A stretch of 36,052 bases of DNA from a virus. The position numbers and the translations under genes are program-made. A model generated the notes under the pieces. It ran no database searches. It was not told the DNA's origin and worked only from the letters and a program-made list of their open reading frames with translations. This document shows, one piece after another, positions 31,531 through 36,052 of this stretch (its first letter is position 1; each line of letters opens with the position of its first letter). The stretch is taken from IMG/VR virus record IMGVR_UViG_3300014808_000002; one strand, written 5' to 3'.

Positions 31531-32108
31531 TATCTTTTTCCATTAAACATAGGTCTTAGTTCATTGTATCTCATCTTCTGCTCCACATGCCATATAAGGT
31601 CTATGTTCATATGCTTGGCAAGCCCGATGATTGATAATAACATATGACCTATCTGACTTTCAAAAGAATAATTATATTCATAAAAATAACGAATTGGCAA
31701 TGTGGATATGGCGTATATGCTTTCAGTGAATGTTTCCCCGTTGCAGCTTTCCGTTGCCTCGTATATCATTTCCTCTGTAAAACCATTAATGTCTATCTTA
31801 CGAAGCCCACACAAGTCAAACAGGCGTATGCATGCATCAGCAAGCTCGTCCCCCACACAGTCTTTGATATATTTTTCAAAACTATACTTGAAATCGGCAT
31901 TGTAATGCGGCTCTTCATTCTCATAGGAAGACTTGAAAGATTCTCTGTCGGCACGTTTCCCTTTCCGATCCGCTTCTACCGCTTCCATAAGCTCTCCAAC
32001 GATAAGGCAAAGGCAGTGTTCGTTACTCAATTCTTTATCATGGAAACCGTGCTCACAGGCGGTCTTATAAGCACGATCCCGTAGTTCGTTCAAATTAATA
32101 TTACTCAT
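31527..32108 (-). CDS. MazG-like nucleotide pyrophosphohydrolase
   Basis: LIVGELMEAVEADRKGK...VGDELADACIRLFDLC...HVEQKMRYNELRP follows the all-alpha NTP-PPase ExxE...ExxD pattern. Confidence 0.65.
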   Translation of the reverse strand: MSNINLNELRDRAYKTACEHGFHDKELSNEHCLCLIVGELMEAVEADRKGKRADRESFKSSYENEEPHYNADFKYSFEKYIKDCVGDELADACIRLFDLCGLRKIDINGFTEEMIYEATESCNGETFTESIYAISTLPIRYFYEYNYSFESQIGHMLLSIIGLAKHMNIDLIWHVEQKMRYNELRPMFNGKRY

Positions 32109-32395
32109 TCCCTTATTCCTAATTTAATTTCTTCGTCCTTGATTATTTTCCCAATCTTGTCAGCTTCCTCATACCGTTCCTCTTTTATCAACAGTCTTTG
32201 CAATTCTGAAAGCTGGTTAATGTAAACAATATCGTTACGATCTGACACATGGCGGACATATCTTTCTATTTCATCCAGCTTATTCTCCATGCGTATATGC
32301 CACTTGCTTACCAAAATTAAAGTAAATGCCAGAGCACAAACGTTTAATGAGGCAAGGATGAATTTAAATATTGATTCTGCTATTTCCATAATCAT
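32105..32395 (-). CDS. Membrane-anchored coiled protein
   Basis: 96-aa ORF with an N-terminal TM segment. Confidence 0.55.
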   Translation of the reverse strand: MIMEIAESIFKFILASLNVCALAFTLILVSKWHIRMENKLDEIERYVRHVSDRNDIVYINQLSELQRLLIKEERYEEADKIGKIIKDEEIKLGIRE

Positions 32396-32763
32396 ATAAG
32401 TTTTAATGCTTCCTGTAAACCTGCTTCAAGTGCTTCCTCGTAGCTATCCCATTCCTCTCCATCATTTGTTCCTTTATAAGCAGAACTGATTATATGAGTT
32501 CCATTGTCAGCTTTAGATATTTCGTATCCATAACCACAGGCACAGTTATATACACATATATGAATATTTTTGGTTTCACGAAGCCACTTTTGGGCAATGG
32601 ATTGAGTAGGATGGGAACATACTTTTATTGGTAACTCGCTATTTGTTCTATTAGTACCATATTGTCTACCATCTTCAATATTCATAGCAATCATACATGG
32701 TTCATTAAACCCTTTCTCTTTCAGCAACTTTGCTGTTTCTAATGTTACAAGTTCTTCGGTCAT
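32392..32763 (-). CDS. Hypothetical phage protein
   Basis: 123-aa track ORF. Confidence 0.6.
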   Translation of the reverse strand: MTEELVTLETAKLLKEKGFNEPCMIAMNIEDGRQYGTNRTNSELPIKVCSHPTQSIAQKWLRETKNIHICVYNCACGYGYEISKADNGTHIISSAYKGTNDGEEWDSYEEALEAGLQEALKLI

Positions 32764-32765
32764 AA

Positions 32766-33110
32766 CTATTTCTTGTTTAATTCATTCAACACTTTCTTTA
32801 CCAATTCATAACGTGGTAATTGCCAATCCTTCGCAATATCATCTATTTTATCGTCATAATGATTGTCGTAAACATACTGATTAAGTCTATCAATAAATCC
32901 ATCATCGTCAAGTCCTTCATCGCAATCATCAAACATATCAAGTTCACAGGCTAACTTGGAACATTCACAGTGGGATACCCAGTCATAAACACAACCGTCA
33001 TAAACATTGGTCTGTCTGTTGTATTTTTCTCCAACGGAAATTACTCCACCGCAAAAATTGCACCTGTGCTCTTTACGAGCGACAGGAGTTTCATTTCTTA
33101 ATACTTTCAT
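32766..33110 (-). CDS. Cys-rich hypothetical protein
   Basis: 114-aa ORF (HRCNFCGG ... SHCECSKLAC). Confidence 0.6.
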   Translation of the reverse strand: MKVLRNETPVARKEHRCNFCGGVISVGEKYNRQTNVYDGCVYDWVSHCECSKLACELDMFDDCDEGLDDDGFIDRLNQYVYDNHYDDKIDDIAKDWQLPRYELVKKVLNELNKK

Positions 33111-33112
33111 AG

Positions 33113-33319
33113 TTATTCTCCTTTCTTCTTTTCACATTCTTCACAATGTAATTTATAAGCATGGGCAAACATCTTTAACGTAACAGGCTCAAAGTGAAAA
33201 TCTGCCTGTTTCCCTTCTATGACAACTGAAACACATAATTGGCCATCGCAAAAATCAATATATGCCTCACCACCTCCATCTCCGTTAATGGAAAGTGTTT
33301 GTGTCTGTACGCTATTCAT
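33113..33319 (-). CDS. Hypothetical small protein
   Basis: 68-aa track ORF. Confidence 0.5.
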   Translation of the reverse strand: MNSVQTQTLSINGDGGGEAYIDFCDGQLCVSVVIEGKQADFHFEPVTLKMFAHAYKLHCEECEKKKGE

Positions 33320-33590
33320 AATTATTCTCCTTTAATCTTTTAATTAGGGCATCAGCGCAATTAAGCGAATATTTAGCGACTACATCAGAATTAACACCAT
33401 AGTCGTTTGCTATAACAATTTTAATAATGTCTTTTGCCAATTCGTACCTACGTTGTTCCCAATCAATGTTTTCACTAAAAAAATTAAGTTCTGACACCTT
33501 GATATACATGTTTCCCACCAATGCAGTACCATCATCATATAAATCCTTAATCTCTACAATTTCTCCAGTTGATTTTATTCTTGCTTTCAT
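33312..33590 (-). CDS. Hypothetical protein
   Basis: 92-aa track ORF. Confidence 0.55.
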   Translation of the reverse strand: MKARIKSTGEIVEIKDLYDDGTALVGNMYIKVSELNFFSENIDWEQRRYELAKDIIKIVIANDYGVNSDVVAKYSLNCADALIKRLKENNYE

Positions 33591-34015
33591 TGTTCCTCCT
33601 TTGTTTTAAAGTGTTCAATCAGTTCGTCTACAGTAGCCTTGTGATAACGTCCTGAAATAATGGTTGCATTATCCCAATTTTCATCCCAAAAGAACATAAT
33701 GCCTTTTGGCTCTGTGAAATAATGATCGTTACCAATAGAATCGTCATAAGAAACGCTAAGAATGGAATCTGTTATAAACCACTGCATGTAGTTACTATCA
33801 TCCCTCAATGCAGCGATAGCCAGGAATAGTTCTTCATTCGTTCCGCAATCAATACCATTACAGTCGTTGAGCGATTTTATATCATTAACCCAATTATCGC
33901 TACATTCGAGATTGTCGTATTCTATTGAGGAAAGCATTTTATATCCAATCTCTTCTAGCTTTTTTCTAAGTGCTTCGGTATTCTTTCTTATAAAGCACGG
34001 TGTTGTAAATCCCAT
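33587..34015 (-). CDS. Hypothetical protein
   Basis: 142-aa track ORF. Confidence 0.6.
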   Translation of the reverse strand: MGFTTPCFIRKNTEALRKKLEEIGYKMLSSIEYDNLECSDNWVNDIKSLNDCNGIDCGTNEELFLAIAALRDDSNYMQWFITDSILSVSYDDSIGNDHYFTEPKGIMFFWDENWDNATIISGRYHKATVDELIEHFKTKEEQ

Positions 34016-34017
34016 AA

Positions 34018-34413
34018 TTATTCCTCCTTCCCAACTTTAACATATCCGTTTTCGATGCACCAGCACAGCATTTCGTAGGCTGCATCAATAGGCTCTTTAC
34101 TCTCTGTAATCTTTATTATTGACCTAGAATAAGGTTCCATATACAAGCACGTATAGCTATCTGCAAGTTTTTGCATGGTCAAAACTTGATTGCCGATGAA
34201 GCAAGGCAGCTTATCGAGAATGTCCTGCAAGGTGTAAGCAGGGTACACATTATCTTCACTAAATAGGCTTTCACTCCAAAACGATAAATCCCAAACTGAA
34301 TTAGGTATTCCATCAAGTATTTGTGGATGCCACAAAAGCATACTTGTATTTCTTAATTCAATTCCAATCTTCTGTAAATGTTTTATCTGTCCAACTGACA
34401 ATACCTGTTTCAT
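34018..34413 (-). CDS. Hypothetical protein, paralog of 25589..26047
   Basis: The shared YTLQDILDKLP and MLCWCIENGYVKVGKEE motifs link it to the plus-arm copy. Confidence 0.65.
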   Translation of the reverse strand: MKQVLSVGQIKHLQKIGIELRNTSMLLWHPQILDGIPNSVWDLSFWSESLFSEDNVYPAYTLQDILDKLPCFIGNQVLTMQKLADSYTCLYMEPYSRSIIKITESKEPIDAAYEMLCWCIENGYVKVGKEE

Positions 34414-34610
34414 TTCTTTTCCTCCTCCATTTTAATCTCTGTTATTTTGCCACGACTGACAAAGCACTGACCTATTCCCAAATCGAGTAAGGCACAATAG
34501 TTATCGTCTAAAAGATTAGAGCATTCCTGGCATAAGGAACATTCATTACAAAATCCTTCTGATGATTCATGCAGCACCCCATCTATTATTATTCCGTTCT
34601 TTACTTCCAT
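34410..34610 (-). CDS. Small Cys-rich protein
   Basis: 66-aa ORF (CNECSLCQEC...C). Confidence 0.5.
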   Translation of the reverse strand: MEVKNGIIIDGVLHESSEGFCNECSLCQECSNLLDDNYCALLDLGIGQCFVSRGKITEIKMEEEKK

Positions 34611-34611
34611 A

Positions 34612-34983
34612 TTAATCTCCTTTCTCTTTAATCCGTTTCAGTACATCCCTGTTGGCTTCGAGTATCTCATCGAAAGAGGGGATAGGCATCCAATAGATGG
34701 GTTTACTATTATGGCATACCCACTTCCCGTTCATTACAAAAGCTACTTCGTAATAATATCTGCCCTCGTAATTAGTCCCAACCAAAACACTTTCTAACTC
34801 TTCCGGCAACCGTTCATTAACGCTTATCCAAGGAGATTGCTTGGATTGCCATTGTGCGCCAGCTTTGAAAGCAAATCCCAAACTCACAATTCTTGTTTTA
34901 TCAGCATTAGGATTGTTTTTAAGCCAACTATCCCAATATTCTTTTGCCGCTTCTTCTACTGTTTGTTTCATATCTTTTTTCAT
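34612..34983 (-). CDS. DUF551 domain protein
   Basis: WISVNERLPEELESVLV...YWMPIP matches the DUF551 pattern. Confidence 0.65.
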   Translation of the reverse strand: MKKDMKQTVEEAAKEYWDSWLKNNPNADKTRIVSLGFAFKAGAQWQSKQSPWISVNERLPEELESVLVGTNYEGRYYYEVAFVMNGKWVCHNSKPIYWMPIPSFDEILEANRDVLKRIKEKGD

Positions 34984-35011
34984 AATTCGTCAAACTCTTT
35001 TTGTAATTCTT

Positions 35012-35332
35012 TTATCTTACTATCCAAAGCATACATATAGCACTGATCAGAGAAGGAGCCACGCCAATCATCTTACCAGCCATTTGTATCGAAGGGAATA
35101 CTCCACATAATTTCTCATCCTTTATCAAAACAACGCTCTTTTTATTCATGCCTGCACCAGTCTTATGCCAAGCCCCACGTCCTTTAGACAGATTTTTTAT
35201 ACTTCTGGCCTTGGAACGCTTTGAATGATAAACCATTTTACGCCCCTTGTTGTGAGAAACACAACCTTTTAAAAATCGTCCGGTAATAAAGTCTCTCTCA
35301 AATCGCTCAGGCGGTATATATAATTCACTCAT
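35012..35332 (-). CDS. Basic DNA-binding-like protein (NUMOD-like motifs)
   Basis: KGRKMVYHSKRSKARS...GRGAWHK is followed by VFPSIQMAGKMIGVAPSLIS, which is NUMOD1-like. The assignment is weak. Confidence 0.5.
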   Translation of the reverse strand: MSELYIPPERFERDFITGRFLKGCVSHNKGRKMVYHSKRSKARSIKNLSKGRGAWHKTGAGMNKKSVVLIKDEKLCGVFPSIQMAGKMIGVAPSLISAICMLWIVR

Positions 35333-35348
35333 ATCTGATCAGTTTAAA

Positions 35349-35603
35349 TTACTGTTTAAATTCTGGTAAAACACCGAGATATAAGTACTGATTATCATCG
35401 GTTCTGTACACTGTGATGTAATATAATACATCGCCTTCATTTTTAATGGCATCGCATCCTTGCATAAGGTCTCTTGAGCAATATGCAGGAGGTATGATAT
35501 CCGCTATGTAGTTGTATAACCTTTCGTCAATATAATCACCTGGGCACAAAAAAACATTCAAATCTTTATCCTGTTTAGCCCATTGTTTAAAAGTCTTTTT
35601 CAT
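35349..35603 (-). CDS. Hypothetical protein
   Basis: 84-aa track ORF. Confidence 0.55.
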   Translation of the reverse strand: MKKTFKQWAKQDKDLNVFLCPGDYIDERLYNYIADIIPPAYCSRDLMQGCDAIKNEGDVLYYITVYRTDDNQYLYLGVLPEFKQ

Positions 35604-35689
35604 TTCTATTCAGTTTTGAGCCATTTTCCTGATGTCAGGTAAATGGTAATTATTCGCAATTAAATTCTAATTGTATTATCAGCCAACTG

Positions 35690-36052
35690 TTAATCAACCT
35701 CCACTAATTCACCGTTTTCCAGTCTATACCATGTATCAGCCTTGACAACCTCACCATCAACTACTACAGCCTTCCAATCAACAATATCATACGTATCTTC
35801 CTTTTCCTCAGCTATGACCAAAATTGCACCTATTCCGCCTTTTACCTGAACATTGTTACCTCTTGCCACTGACAAACCATTTGATCCGGTTGAAGCCTTT
35901 CCTCTTGCCGTGGCAGCACCACAATCACCAGCCGTGGCAGCACCACAATTACCAGCCGTGGCAGCACCACAATTACCAGCCGTGGCAGCACCACAATTAC
36001 CAGCCGTGGCAGCACCATAATTACCAGCCGTGGCAGCACCACTATCACCAGC
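35690..36052 (-). CDS. Repeat-containing phage protein, 3' part (repeat units plus C-terminal domain)
   Basis: In the frame of track ORF 35690..35875, the upstream sequence reads ...GAATAGNCGAATAGNCGAATAGDCGAATARGKASTGSNGLSVARGNNVQVKGG.... There is no stop up to the window end, and the phase is continuous with 1..467. Confidence 0.75.
   Translation of the reverse strand, partial: AGDSGAATAGNYGAATAGNCGAATAGNCGAATAGNCGAATAGDCGAATARGKASTGSNGLSVARGNNVQVKGGIGAILVIAEEKEDTYDIVDWKAVVVDGEVVKADTWYRLENGELVEVD
35907..36052. repeat. 24-bp tandem repeat, right part of the array
   Basis: Six units are present. The last 38 nt are identical to window positions 1..38. Confidence 0.9.

Noticed and set aside
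35842-36048. Track ORF encoding VLPRLVIV repeats
   Set aside because: It is the wrong frame of the repeat. The frame encoding ATAGNCGA is continuous with both the upstream N-terminal domain and the downstream C-terminal ORF.
35907-36052. The 24-bp repeats at both window ends as a CRISPR array
   Set aside because: The units are strictly head-to-tail with no spacers. They lie in frame inside a CDS (AATAG(D/N)xG) and there are no cas genes.
1-36052. A retron, DGR or CRISPR-Cas-type system
   Set aside because: No ORF shows reverse-transcriptase (YxDD) or Cas-like motifs. There is no template/variable repeat pair and no spacer-containing array.

Overview
The window closes on itself. Positions 1..38 are identical to 36015..36052, and one minus-strand gene with a 24-bp coding tandem repeat reads in frame across the junction. 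It is therefore best read as a complete circular element of about 36.0 kb, not a chromosomal slice. It is AT-rich and tightly packed with small genes. Several Bacteroidota-type promoter boxes (-7 TAnnTTTG, -33 TTTG), lipobox lipoproteins and Bacteroidales-typical families point to a Bacteroidales host.

Genes form two divergent arms that start in a roughly 1.1-kb non-coding control region (24030..25111) and converge near 30013..30164.
- The long minus arm runs 24029 down to 1, wraps, and continues 36052 down to 30165.
- The short plus arm runs 25112..30012.

Recognisable content is phage early or accessory type:
- ERF annealase, PD-(D/E)XK exonuclease, a mini-SSB with a DDDLPF tail, RusA, an HNH nuclease and a MazG-like NTP pyrophosphohydrolase.
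- A DUF6291-type replication organiser and an AAA_25/RepA-like ATPase.
- A CI-like repressor with a divergent switch region.
- Two BRO-N/KilAC antirepressors and a KilA-N protein.
- An IS1595-family transposase, a small serine recombinase and a Panacea(SocA)-type toxin-antitoxin pair.

I can recognise no terminase, portal, capsid, tail or endolysin gene, and the largest ORF is 405 aa.

The most unusual signals are non-coding:
- Two tandem modules of phase-perfect NNAGT pentamer tracts, each followed by a tRNA-like acceptor/T-arm minihelix (8986..9234).
- Long structured leaders with terminator and alternative pairings in front of both antirepressor genes.
- A 3.26-kb segment bounded by 34-bp inverted repeats that carries the IS1595 transposase plus cargo genes.
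- A repeated family of GC-rich hairpins between small genes.
- Two small plus-strand cassettes (an sRNA candidate and an SD-sequestering leader).

All family names come from motif recognition by eye. No searches were run.
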